64,000 bases of DNA, from NCBI GenBank assembly GCA_041671365.1, contig JBAZBP010000001.1, positions 389,518 to 453,517 on the forward strand. Direction: 5' to 3'. The DNA is from Patescibacteria group bacterium (GTDB taxonomy: Bacteria > Patescibacteriota > Patescibacteriia > Patescibacteriales > UBA12465). Position 1 is the stretch's first letter. Each line of letters starts with the position of its first letter. A program made the translations under genes and the position numbers. The notes beneath the pieces are model-generated. The model saw nothing but the letters and a program-made list of their open reading frames with translations, ran no database searches and had not been told where the DNA came from. Positions 9,354 to 17,939 of the stretch are shown piece after piece.

Positions 9354-9404
9354 TTAATATTCCTATAATCAATTATTAATTTATAATTAGAGAATTTTAA
9401 CTAT

Positions 9405-10652
9405 ATGAAGATCAGTAATAATGTTTTAAAGAAGGCTGGAGTAGGTTTAGTATTTGTAGTATTTATAAGTAGTATTTTTTTGGGCGGTTTTTACGTCGGT
9501 CAAAAAAATAATTCTCGTTCGGCGCTCGCTAAGCGTTCATTAGCTTACTCGCCGGAAGCGGTCGACGCCGCTCAAGGAACTAGCACGGTTCAGGCCATTG
9601 ATTTTAATTTATATTGGGAAGTTTGGGATGCTTTGAAAACAAACTATGTCGATAAAAATAAAATTACCGATCAAAATCTTTTTTTTGGTTCTTTAAAGGG
9701 GATGGCGGAAGCTACCGGTGATCCCTATACGGTTTTTATGGATCCTAAAGAAGCAAAAAAATTCTCCGATGACTTAGCCGGTACTTTTGAAGGCATCGGC
9801 GCCGAGGTCGGTATCCGTAACGATATTGCGACCGTGATTGCTCCGTTAGACGGTACGCCGGCGAAAAAAGCCGGTCTGCGAGCCGGTGATAAAATTTATG
9901 CCGTCGATAAAAAATCTACCCTGGGAATGACGATTGATGCTATTGTTAATGAAATTCGCGGACCGAAAGACACCAAAGTAACCTTAACGATAATCCGCGG
10001 CCAGGATAAACCGAAAGATTTTGTGATCACTCGTTCGATAATTATAATTAAAAGTGTTACTACGGAAATGCGGGCGGACGGGATCATGGTCATTAGAATC
10101 AGCAACTTCAACGACGATACCGAAACCCTCTTCGAGGAAGCGGTTAAAACTGCCCTGCTTAAACGTCCTAAGGGGATTATTGTAGATTTACGCAATAACC
10201 CCGGAGGTTATCTGCAGACCGCGGTCGATATTGCCAGCGAGTGGATTACGGCCGGACCGGTGGTCGCCGAACAATTCGGTGATAATCGGCGCAATGAATA
10301 TCCGTCTAACGGCCGTGCTTTGTTAAAAGATTTTCCGACCGTAGTTTTAGTTAACGGCGGGAGCGCCTCCGCTTCCGAAATTTTAGCCGGCGCCCTGCGT
10401 GACTATAAAAAAGCGACAATTGTCGGAGAAACTACCTACGGTAAGGGCTCGGTTCAGACCCTGGATGATTTGTCCGGCGGAGCGGAGTTAAAAATTACCA
10501 TTGCCAAATGGTTAACTCCGGCCGGTGATTATATTAACGAAAAAGGACTGAAACCGAATATTGAAATCAAAATGACCTCGGCCGATTTGGATAAAAATTT
10601 AGATCCGCAATTTATTAAAGCAGTAGAGCTGTTGACCCCTAAAAAGAAATAA
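9405..10652 (+). CDS. S41 family C-terminal processing peptidase with PDZ domain
   Basis: N-terminal TM; FEGIGAEVG, PDZ GDKIYAVD, DLRNNPGG, NGGSASASEILAGAL, GKGSVQ. Confidence 0.88.
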   Translation: MKISNNVLKKAGVGLVFVVFISSIFLGGFYVGQKNNSRSALAKRSLAYSPEAVDAAQGTSTVQAIDFNLYWEVWDALKTNYVDKNKITDQNLFFGSLKGMAEATGDPYTVFMDPKEAKKFSDDLAGTFEGIGAEVGIRNDIATVIAPLDGTPAKKAGLRAGDKIYAVDKKSTLGMTIDAIVNEIRGPKDTKVTLTIIRGQDKPKDFVITRSIIIIKSVTTEMRADGIMVIRISNFNDDTETLFEEAVKTALLKRPKGIIVDLRNNPGGYLQTAVDIASEWITAGPVVAEQFGDNRRNEYPSNGRALLKDFPTVVLVNGGSASASEILAGALRDYKKATIVGETTYGKGSVQTLDDLSGGAELKITIAKWLTPAGDYINEKGLKPNIEIKMTSADLDKNLDPQFIKAVELLTPKKK

Positions 10653-10668
10653 TTTTTTAAGTAAGTTT

Positions 10669-12303
10669 ATGCCTAAATTTATTTTTGTAGTTGGTGGAGT
10701 AATGTCCGGTGTCGGTAAAGGTGTGACCACCGCTTCCATCGGTCAGATTTTACAGGCGCGCGGTTATAAAGTTAGCGCCATTAAAATGGATCCCTATATT
10801 AATGTGGATGCCGGAACAATGAACCCGATTGAACACGGCGAGGTTTTTGTGACCGAAGACGGCGACGAAACCGATCAGGACATCGGAAACTATGAAAGAT
10901 TTCTCAATCAGAATATTCATCGAGAAAATTACATGACGACCGGCCGCGTTTATCAAAGCGTTATTGCTCGGGAACGTAATTTAGAATATAAAGGAAAGTG
11001 CGTGCAGGTCGTACCTCATATTCCCCAGGAAATTCGGGAGAGGATTGATCGGGCGATTGAAAAAACTCAGGCCGAAATTATGATTGTGGAAATCGGCGGA
11101 ACGGTTGGAGAATATGAGAATCTCTTATTTTTAGAAGCGGCCAGAGTTATAAAACTTTATCACCCTAAGGAAGTTTTATTTGTGATGGTTTCTTATTTGC
11201 CGATTCCCAGCAAAATTGGAGAAATGAAAACTAAGCCGACACAGCACGCCGTGCGCAGCCTGCAAAGCGCCGGTATCCAGCCGGATTTTCTGATTGCCCG
11301 CAGTGAAAAAATGATTGATAAGGCTCGCCGAGAAAAGTTATCGGTTAATTGCAATGTCGCTCTCGACGCGGTAATTGCCGCGCCGGATATTGATTCCATT
11401 TATGATATTCCTTTAAATTTTGAAAAAGATAATTTGGGCGATCGGATTTTAGAAAAATTTTCCTTACCCTTGGGACATAAAAACAATAATCAAGCTTGGA
11501 AAAAAATGGTGGCCGCTTCAAAAATTAAAAAACCGGTCGTTAAAATCGGTATTGTCGGAAAATATTTTACCAGCGGTGATTTTTCCTTCGGCGATTCCTA
11601 TATTTCGGTGATTGAAGCGATAAAGCATGCCGCCGCCGCCAATAAATGCCACGCGCAGATTATCTGGTTGAGTGCGGAAGAAGTTGAAAAAAAAGGAACT
11701 AGAGTTTTACATGACCTCGACGGAATTATTATTCCTCAGGGCTGGGGCGAACGCGGCGCCGAAGGGAAAATAAAAACTATTAAATTTTGTCGGGAAAAGG
11801 GTGTGCCTTATTTCGGTTTATGCTACGGAATGCAAATGGCCGTGATTGAATTCGCGCGCCACGTGGCTAATTTAAAAGACGCCAATTCTTCCGAAGTCGA
11901 TCCTAAAACCACTAATCCGGTTATTCATATAATGTCGGGTCAAGCTAAATTAATAAAAGAAAAAGGTTATGGCGGGACTATTCGTTTGGGCGCCTGGTCT
12001 TGTAAAATAGTAGCCGGAACTCATTTAGCGAAGGCTTATGCTAAATCCACTAAACAAAAGGTTGTGGCCGAACGTCATCGCCATCGCTATGAATTCAATA
12101 ATGATTATCGGAAAGTATTTGAAAATTTGGGTTTGGTTATTGCCGGGACCTCGCCGGATGGAGAAATTGTCGAGGCGGTTGAGCTTACTAATCATCCCTT
12201 TTTTATCGGCGTGCAATTTCATCCCGAATATATTTCTCGTCCGCTCGCGCCGCACCCCTTATTCGTAGAATTTATCAAGGTTTGCCGGAATAAAAAAAAA
12301 TAA
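10669..12303 (+). CDS. pyrG: CTP synthase
   Basis: FVVGGVMSGVGKG, DPYINVDAGTMNP, glutamine amidotransferase GLCYGMQ and HRHRYEFN. Confidence 0.95.
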   Translation: MPKFIFVVGGVMSGVGKGVTTASIGQILQARGYKVSAIKMDPYINVDAGTMNPIEHGEVFVTEDGDETDQDIGNYERFLNQNIHRENYMTTGRVYQSVIARERNLEYKGKCVQVVPHIPQEIRERIDRAIEKTQAEIMIVEIGGTVGEYENLLFLEAARVIKLYHPKEVLFVMVSYLPIPSKIGEMKTKPTQHAVRSLQSAGIQPDFLIARSEKMIDKARREKLSVNCNVALDAVIAAPDIDSIYDIPLNFEKDNLGDRILEKFSLPLGHKNNNQAWKKMVAASKIKKPVVKIGIVGKYFTSGDFSFGDSYISVIEAIKHAAAANKCHAQIIWLSAEEVEKKGTRVLHDLDGIIIPQGWGERGAEGKIKTIKFCREKGVPYFGLCYGMQMAVIEFARHVANLKDANSSEVDPKTTNPVIHIMSGQAKLIKEKGYGGTIRLGAWSCKIVAGTHLAKAYAKSTKQKVVAERHRHRYEFNNDYRKVFENLGLVIAGTSPDGEIVEAVELTNHPFFIGVQFHPEYISRPLAPHPLFVEFIKVCRNKKK

Positions 12304-12309
12304 AATTAA

Positions 12310-12340
12310 AAATAAGTCCCAATTCTGGGACTTATTTTTT
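12310..12340. terminator. bidirectional rho-independent terminator between convergent pyrG and rpmA
   Basis: ATAAGTCCCA / TGGGACTTAT 10-bp stem, 4-nt loop, A-run on one side and T-run on the other. Confidence 0.7.
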
Positions 12341-12365
12341 ATAGGCATCTTGATTTATAGTCGAT

Positions 12366-12809
12366 TTATTTTTTCTTGGCGGCTAACCTGGTATTTCTTT
12401 GAGTAAACTTTTTTTGTCTGGCCAGGTTTTTCTTGGCTGTAGTCTTGTAGACGGAAGTTCTCATGGTCGCCCCCTTCTTAGCCGGTGTTTTTTTGGCTAC
12501 TATTTTTTGGTCCGGAGCTTTATTCTCGGCCGTCGGCGGCAAGACACTGACGATTTTACAAACTTTTAAAGAATTATTAAACTTTCTTACTTTTTTGGTA
12601 GAAAATTTGACGAAGCCGTTAATTAAAGAAAATAAAGTGTCATCTTTACCTTTTTTAACATTAAGACCGGGACAATATTTAGTTCCGCGCTGCCTAATGA
12701 TAATCGAGCTAGTTTTTACCCACTGGCCGTCGGTTAGTTTTACGCCCAATCGTTTACTTTCTGATTCGCGGCCTAAGGAGGTTGATCCGGCCGCTTTCTT
12801 ATGTGCCAT
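12366..12809 (-). CDS. rpmA: 50S ribosomal protein L27 with a ~56-aa Lys/Ala-rich C-terminal extension
   Basis: [24 protein letters not shown]...[27 protein letters not shown] core, then a basic tail. Confidence 0.9.
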   Translation of the reverse strand: MAHKKAAGSTSLGRESESKRLGVKLTDGQWVKTSSIIIRQRGTKYCPGLNVKKGKDDTLFSLINGFVKFSTKKVRKFNNSLKVCKIVSVLPPTAENKAPDQKIVAKKTPAKKGATMRTSVYKTTAKKNLARQKKFTQRNTRLAAKKK

Positions 12810-12899
12810 AGAAATTTAAGATAACACCGAACACGTAACATCTCCAAAACAATGATAACCTGCGGTGTTTATACTAATTATTTTATTTTTACTGGTCTA

Positions 12900-12928
12900 A
12901 ATATAACAAAAGACTTGACAATTGTCAA
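12900..12928 (-). promoter_or_regulatory. sigma70-like promoter for rpmA (TTGACA-17-TATATT)
   Basis: On the minus strand, -35 is at 12923-12928 and -10 at 12900-12905. The -35 lies inside the 14-bp palindrome TTGACAATTGTCAA (12915-12928). Confidence 0.5.
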
Positions 12929-13097
12929 ATTACCCAATTTACTTGATTTATCGGGCTATAAAGCCAATAAAAAACAGTTTTAATTTTTAGAGAATATGCT
13001 ATAATATAATTATAAAATATTTATATAAATAAATCTAAAATTTTATAAAATACTAACCTAAAGTCTATTTTTAGCTCAAGGTTAGATTTTAAATTAT

Positions 13098-13274
13098 ATG
13101 GTTAAAGTAGATCAAAATAAATGTATCGGTTGCGGATTGTGTGCCGGCTTATGTCCGGAAACATTTTCTATGAATTTAGACGGAAAAGCAGAAGTCATAA
13201 AAACTCAAGAAACTCCCGGCGCTAAAGATGCCGCCGCCAGTTGTCCGGTGGAAGCGATTAGTTTAACTAAATAA
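13098..13274 (+). CDS. small single-cluster ferredoxin (58 aa), absent from the ORF track
   Basis: Hand translation gives MVKVDQNKCIGCGLCAGLCPETFSMNLDGKAEVIKTQETPGAKDAAASCPVEAISLTK. CxxCxxC...CP ligand pattern. Confidence 0.75.
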   Translation: MVKVDQNKCIGCGLCAGLCPETFSMNLDGKAEVIKTQETPGAKDAAASCPVEAISLTK

Positions 13275-13279
13275 TTCAT

Positions 13280-13759
13280 ATGCCCAGAGAAAAAAATCTT
13301 GAAAATCCGCTAATTGAAAAAATTGAAAAGACAGTAGCAAAAGTTGAAAAAATTAATGTTCAGGAAGATCGGATTCAATCGGCTGTTTTGGCGCCCGAAA
13401 AAACCTCGAAATCTTTAGAATTGCCAAAAAAATCAATTAAACTGCCACCGGTCGCCCCGGCGCCATTATCGGATTTTCAAAAGAAAAGAGCAGCGGCCAT
13501 TGATGATATTTTGGCGGCCGGTTTAAATGAAGTTTTTTTGCAGATGAAAACCAGCGACCAGCAAGCTTTTCAAAAAAAGGGAGAGGAGACTGTCATTAAA
13601 ATTAATGAACTATTAAATAAGACTAAAGTTAAAGTCAGTAAAATTATTGATTTAATTCGCGCCTGGCTTAAGCTTATTCCCGGAATAAATAGATTTTTTT
13701 TGGAACAAGAAGTTAAAATTAAAGCCGATAAAATTTTAAAATTAAAGGATAAATTTTAA
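13280..13759 (+). CDS. hypothetical protein, apparently coupled to the downstream ATPase gene
   Basis: 2-nt gap to the next CDS. Charged, helical-looking sequence with no motif. Confidence 0.5.
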   Translation: MPREKNLENPLIEKIEKTVAKVEKINVQEDRIQSAVLAPEKTSKSLELPKKSIKLPPVAPAPLSDFQKKRAAAIDDILAAGLNEVFLQMKTSDQQAFQKKGEETVIKINELLNKTKVKVSKIIDLIRAWLKLIPGINRFFLEQEVKIKADKILKLKDKF

Positions 13760-13761
13760 TT

Positions 13762-16236
13762 ATGTTGGAATTATTTGCCAATATTGAAAGCTTAATCCCG
13801 GACTTGCTTATTGGCATGGCGATCGCTTTTTTTATGTTGGCGATTTTAATCATTATTCGTTCGCTTTTGTCCGGTCATCGCTACTCGCCTCATCAAATAT
13901 TCTTGGTTCGTCTGCCTAAAGAGACTCCCGATGACAATAAAAATGAAGATCGCAGCCAGGAATTAAAAGAAGAAATTGCTAAAGGCGAGACGGTTTTTTC
14001 AGCGATTGGCGGTTTAAAAGCGCAAAGAGGTTTTCGCGCTTGGCTTTGGGGACGCAATGATCAGTTTTCTTTTGAAATTGTCGCCAATCATAATCGAATT
14101 TCTTTTTACGTCGCCGCGCCTCAGGGGAGCTTTCGGTATCTGGAACAACAGATCCAGGCTTATTATCCGGAAGCGGTCATTGAAGAAATGGAGGATTATA
14201 ATGCCTTCAGCTTAAAAGGGACAATCGTTGCCGGTCATATCCGAACCGCTAAAAGTTTTATTTTTCCGATTAAAACTTATCAGAAAATGGAGATAGATCC
14301 GCTCAATTCATTAATTAATATTCTGTCTAAACTTGATAAAGACGAAAGTTTGATAATTCAATATACCGTTAGAAGCGCTCTCGGTTCTTGGCACGCTAAA
14401 ACCAGACGCGTCGTCACCAGAATTAATCAAAAAAATTCGGTTAAAGAAGGTCTAAAGGGCGATAATTTGTTCGGACAAATTTTTAATCTTTTCGAAGGAA
14501 TGTTCATAGTTAGCTCTAAACCTAAAAATGAAGCTAACCTGACGGCTACGCCCAAAAAATTATCGGCCGTGGAAGAAGAAATGCTTAAGTCGATTGAAGA
14601 AAAAAATACGAAAGCGGGGCTAGATGTTAATATTCGCATTATTGCCTGTGCTCGCAGCCGAGAACAAGCGAATGTTTATTTAGAAAATATCAGCAGCGCT
14701 TTTACCGAATATAATAATTTTAGTTACGGAAATGTTTTTTCTCGCCTTAATAAGGCCAATATTGATCGAACAATTTCTGATTTCATTTATCGCCGCTTTC
14801 GAGAAAATATTGGATTTTTATTAAACACCGAAGAGTTGGCCAGCATTTTTCATTTTCCTCTTAAAACTACGGAAACTCCAAACATTAATTGGTTGACAGC
14901 TAAAATAGCCCCGGCTCCTTCAGACTTGCCTGATGAGGGAATAACCCTCGGAGAAAATGTTTACCGCGGCGTGACCAAAGAAATCCGGATGAAACGGGCG
15001 GATCGCCGCCGCCACACCTATATTATCGGTAAATCCGGCGTCGGCAAATCGGTACTGCTCGCCAACATGGCGATTCAAGACATCCAAAACGGAGAAGGAG
15101 TCTGCGTTTTAGATCCTCATGGTGATTTGATAACCGATATTTTAGATCGAATACCGCCCGAGCGCGCCGAGGATGTGATTGTTTTTTCTCCCGGCGATTT
15201 AGAGCGCCCGTTGGCCTTAAATTTACTGGATTATGACGAGCGTTATCCGGAACAAAAAAGTTTCGTTATTAACGAAATGATCGGTATTTTTGATAAATTG
15301 TATGATTTAAAAGCGACCGGGGGTCCGATGTTCGAGCAATACATGCGTAATGCTATGCTTTTAATTATGGATGATCCGGAGAGCGGGTCGACATTAATGG
15401 AGATTCCTAAAGTTTTGTCTGATGAGAATTTTCGACGTTTAAAATTGAATCGCTGTAAAAATCAGACGGTAGTTGATTTTTGGAAGAAGGAGGCGGAGAA
15501 AGCTGGCGGGGAAGCGGCGCTCGCCAATATCGTTCCTTATATTACTTCTAAATTAACTTCTTTTATTTCTAACGACATGATGCGGCCGATTATCGGCCAG
15601 CAAAAAAGTGCTTTCAATATGCGGGAAGTAATGGATAAGCAGAAAATTTTATTAATCGACCTGCCTAAGGGTTTAGTCGGCGAAATGAACGCTTATTTAT
15701 TGGGCATGATTTTAGTCGGTAAAATATTAATGGCCGCTTTATCGCGAACCGACATGGCGGCTGCTACCCGCAAAGATTTCTATTTGTATATTGATGAATT
15801 TCAAAATTTCACCACTAGCTCTATTTGTCAAATTTTATCGGAAGCGCGAAAATATGCTCTTAATTTAGTAATTGCCCATCAATATATCGGACAGTTAGCT
15901 AAAAATAATAATACTGAAATTAAAGATGCGGTTTTCGGTAACGTCGGAACTCTGGTAAGCTTTAAAATCGGCTCAGAGGATGCTGATTTTCTGGTTAAAG
16001 AATTTGCACCGGTCTTTAATGAATATGATTTAATTAATATTGATAAAGGGACGGCTTATATTAAATTATTGGTGGATAATAGTGCCAGTCGGCCATTTTC
16101 TCTAAAAACGATCTGGCCGCTCCTGGGGGTTAAGCGGGAAGGAATGGAAAGTAAAGTTAGAGCGCTTAGTCGTTTAAAGTATGGCCAGAACGTTCGTCTG
16201 GTGGAAGCGGAAATTAGTCGTCGATCAATCAGTTAA
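13762..16236 (+). CDS. membrane-anchored P-loop ATPase, VirD4/TraG/TraD-like (type IV coupling-protein-like)
   Basis: N-terminal TM, Walker A IIGKSGVGKSVLL, Walker B FYLYIDEFQNF, conserved AHQ. Confidence 0.6.
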   Translation: MLELFANIESLIPDLLIGMAIAFFMLAILIIIRSLLSGHRYSPHQIFLVRLPKETPDDNKNEDRSQELKEEIAKGETVFSAIGGLKAQRGFRAWLWGRNDQFSFEIVANHNRISFYVAAPQGSFRYLEQQIQAYYPEAVIEEMEDYNAFSLKGTIVAGHIRTAKSFIFPIKTYQKMEIDPLNSLINILSKLDKDESLIIQYTVRSALGSWHAKTRRVVTRINQKNSVKEGLKGDNLFGQIFNLFEGMFIVSSKPKNEANLTATPKKLSAVEEEMLKSIEEKNTKAGLDVNIRIIACARSREQANVYLENISSAFTEYNNFSYGNVFSRLNKANIDRTISDFIYRRFRENIGFLLNTEELASIFHFPLKTTETPNINWLTAKIAPAPSDLPDEGITLGENVYRGVTKEIRMKRADRRRHTYIIGKSGVGKSVLLANMAIQDIQNGEGVCVLDPHGDLITDILDRIPPERAEDVIVFSPGDLERPLALNLLDYDERYPEQKSFVINEMIGIFDKLYDLKATGGPMFEQYMRNAMLLIMDDPESGSTLMEIPKVLSDENFRRLKLNRCKNQTVVDFWKKEAEKAGGEAALANIVPYITSKLTSFISNDMMRPIIGQQKSAFNMREVMDKQKILLIDLPKGLVGEMNAYLLGMILVGKILMAALSRTDMAAATRKDFYLYIDEFQNFTTSSICQILSEARKYALNLVIAHQYIGQLAKNNNTEIKDAVFGNVGTLVSFKIGSEDADFLVKEFAPVFNEYDLINIDKGTAYIKLLVDNSASRPFSLKTIWPLLGVKREGMESKVRALSRLKYGQNVRLVEAEISRRSIS

Positions 16237-16274
16237 TCATTAAGTTTTTAATTTTTTTTCGTTTAAATAAAACT

Positions 16275-17729
16275 ATGTCTACCTTATATCGTGATTATCG
16301 TCCTCAGAATTTTTCGGAAGTCCTCGGTCAAAATCATATTAAAATAACTTTACAAAATGAAATTGGCGCGGGCCGGCCGGCGAGCGCTTATTTATTCTGC
16401 GGACCGCGCGCTGTCGGTAAAACGACCTTGGCTCGGGTGTTAGCGAAAGCGGTTAATTGCGTTGAGCGTCCGAATGGTAAATTCGAACCTTGTAACGCTT
16501 GTGCCAGCTGTCTCAGTATTACGGTCGGTAAAAATTTAGATGTTGTAGAAATTGATGCCGCCAGTAATACCGGGGTTGATAACGTTAGAGATAATATTAT
16601 TGCTTTTTCTCGCGTTGCTCCGATTAGCGCTAAGTTTAAAGTTTTTATAATTGATGAAGTGCACATGTTGTCTTTATCCGCTTTTAACGCTTTATTAAAA
16701 ATAATCGAGGAGCCGCCGTCCTACGTAATATTTATTTTATGTACGACAGAGATTCAAAAGGTTCCCGGTACGGTTATTTCGCGCTGCGAGCGTTATGATT
16801 TTAAACGCATCAGCGTGAAAGAGATAGTTAAAAAATTAGCTTATATCGCCGGCCAGGAAAAAATTAATATCGATAGTGATGTTCTGGAAGCCGTCGCCCG
16901 ACGTTCCGGCGGTCACCTGCGAGACGCGGAAAGTTTATTGGGACAGATTTTTTCGCTAGGCGATAAACAAATAACTCGGGAACAGGCGGAACTGGTTATT
17001 CCGCACTATAATAGTAATGAAGCGATCAGTCTGATAGATTATTTAAGTCGTAAAGATGCGGCGAAAGCTATTGCCTTGATTAATAATTTAATGGATAGCG
17101 GAGTTAATGTTAAGATTTTTATTACGGAAATAATCGAATTATTGCGTAAAATAATGCTTAGCAAATTAAGCCCGGAATTGGTTGATAATTTAGGCCTAGA
17201 TTTAGGAGAAAGCCTCGAAAAAAGATTGGCGAGCGTGGCGGTTAATTTAAATTGGGAACAAATTCTAACTTTCACCAGGCGTTTTTTAGAGACGGTAAAC
17301 GATTATAAAAATCCGTTGATCCCTCAATTACCCTTAGAGTTAGCGGTGGCCGAATTATGTTTCGGCTCAGCTCGATCCGGCAGTTCGGGGTCGTCGCCCG
17401 CAGATTTTAACTCCTCGCCGCCTAAACCGTACATCCAAACTAAAAAAGAAGGATCGGTTACTCCCCCTGCCGTTCGTTCGTCAGACCTTAAAAAATCCGA
17501 TCTTAATTTAGGCACCGCCGAGATTAGTTCCAAATGGCCGGAATTTTTAGTAAAAATTAAAAAACATAATCATTCCTTGTCTTTTGTTTTGCAAAATTGC
17601 GAACCGCGTGAAATAAAAAATGGTAATTTATTTTTAGTTTTTAAATATAAATTTCATCAAGATCGAATCAATGACGTAAATATAAAAAAATATTGTCGCC
17701 GCGACTTTAGCGGAAGTTTTTGGAGATAA
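16275..17729 (+). CDS. dnaX: DNA polymerase III subunit gamma/tau, zero-frame product
   Basis: YRPQNFSEVLGQ, GPRAVGKTT, IIDEVHML, SRCERYDF. The zero frame stops 13 codons after the A7 run. Confidence 0.88.
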   Translation: MSTLYRDYRPQNFSEVLGQNHIKITLQNEIGAGRPASAYLFCGPRAVGKTTLARVLAKAVNCVERPNGKFEPCNACASCLSITVGKNLDVVEIDAASNTGVDNVRDNIIAFSRVAPISAKFKVFIIDEVHMLSLSAFNALLKIIEEPPSYVIFILCTTEIQKVPGTVISRCERYDFKRISVKEIVKKLAYIAGQEKINIDSDVLEAVARRSGGHLRDAESLLGQIFSLGDKQITREQAELVIPHYNSNEAISLIDYLSRKDAAKAIALINNLMDSGVNVKIFITEIIELLRKIMLSKLSPELVDNLGLDLGESLEKRLASVAVNLNWEQILTFTRRFLETVNDYKNPLIPQLPLELAVAELCFGSARSGSSGSSPADFNSSPPKPYIQTKKEGSVTPPAVRSSDLKKSDLNLGTAEISSKWPEFLVKIKKHNHSLSFVLQNCEPREIKNGNLFLVFKYKFHQDRINDVNIKKYCRRDFSGSFWR

Positions 17730-17910
17730 TTTAACCTTTAGTTCGGTGATCGATGAAAATCTGGAAGTAAAACATTATGAAGCGCCCGGGGTTTCCGAGG
17801 CCTTGGCCGTTGATTCCGTCCAGACAGAAATCAAAACAAAAACCGGTCAATCGTCCCCCGGCTTGATTGCCGATTTATTAAAAACTTTCGGCGGGGAAGT
17901 AATCACTTAA
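17692..17910 (+). CDS. dnaX: dnaX C-terminal segment readable only in the +1 frame
   Basis: The +1 frame is open over 17686-17910 and reads IVAATLAEVFGDNLTFSSVIDENLEV...GLIADLLKTFGGEVIT, a typical DnaX C-terminus. Confidence 0.6.
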   Translation: MVAATLAEVFGDNLTFSSVIDENLEVKHYEAPGVSEALAVDSVQTEIKTKTGQSSPGLIADLLKTFGGEVIT

Positions 17911-17939
17911 GAATAAAAACCTTATTTAAGTTTAAATTT

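Noticed and set aside
12463-12819. 118-aa plus-strand ORF antisense to rpmA
   Set aside because: It is the mirror of a highly conserved ribosomal protein gene and has no motif. Typical antisense shadow ORF.
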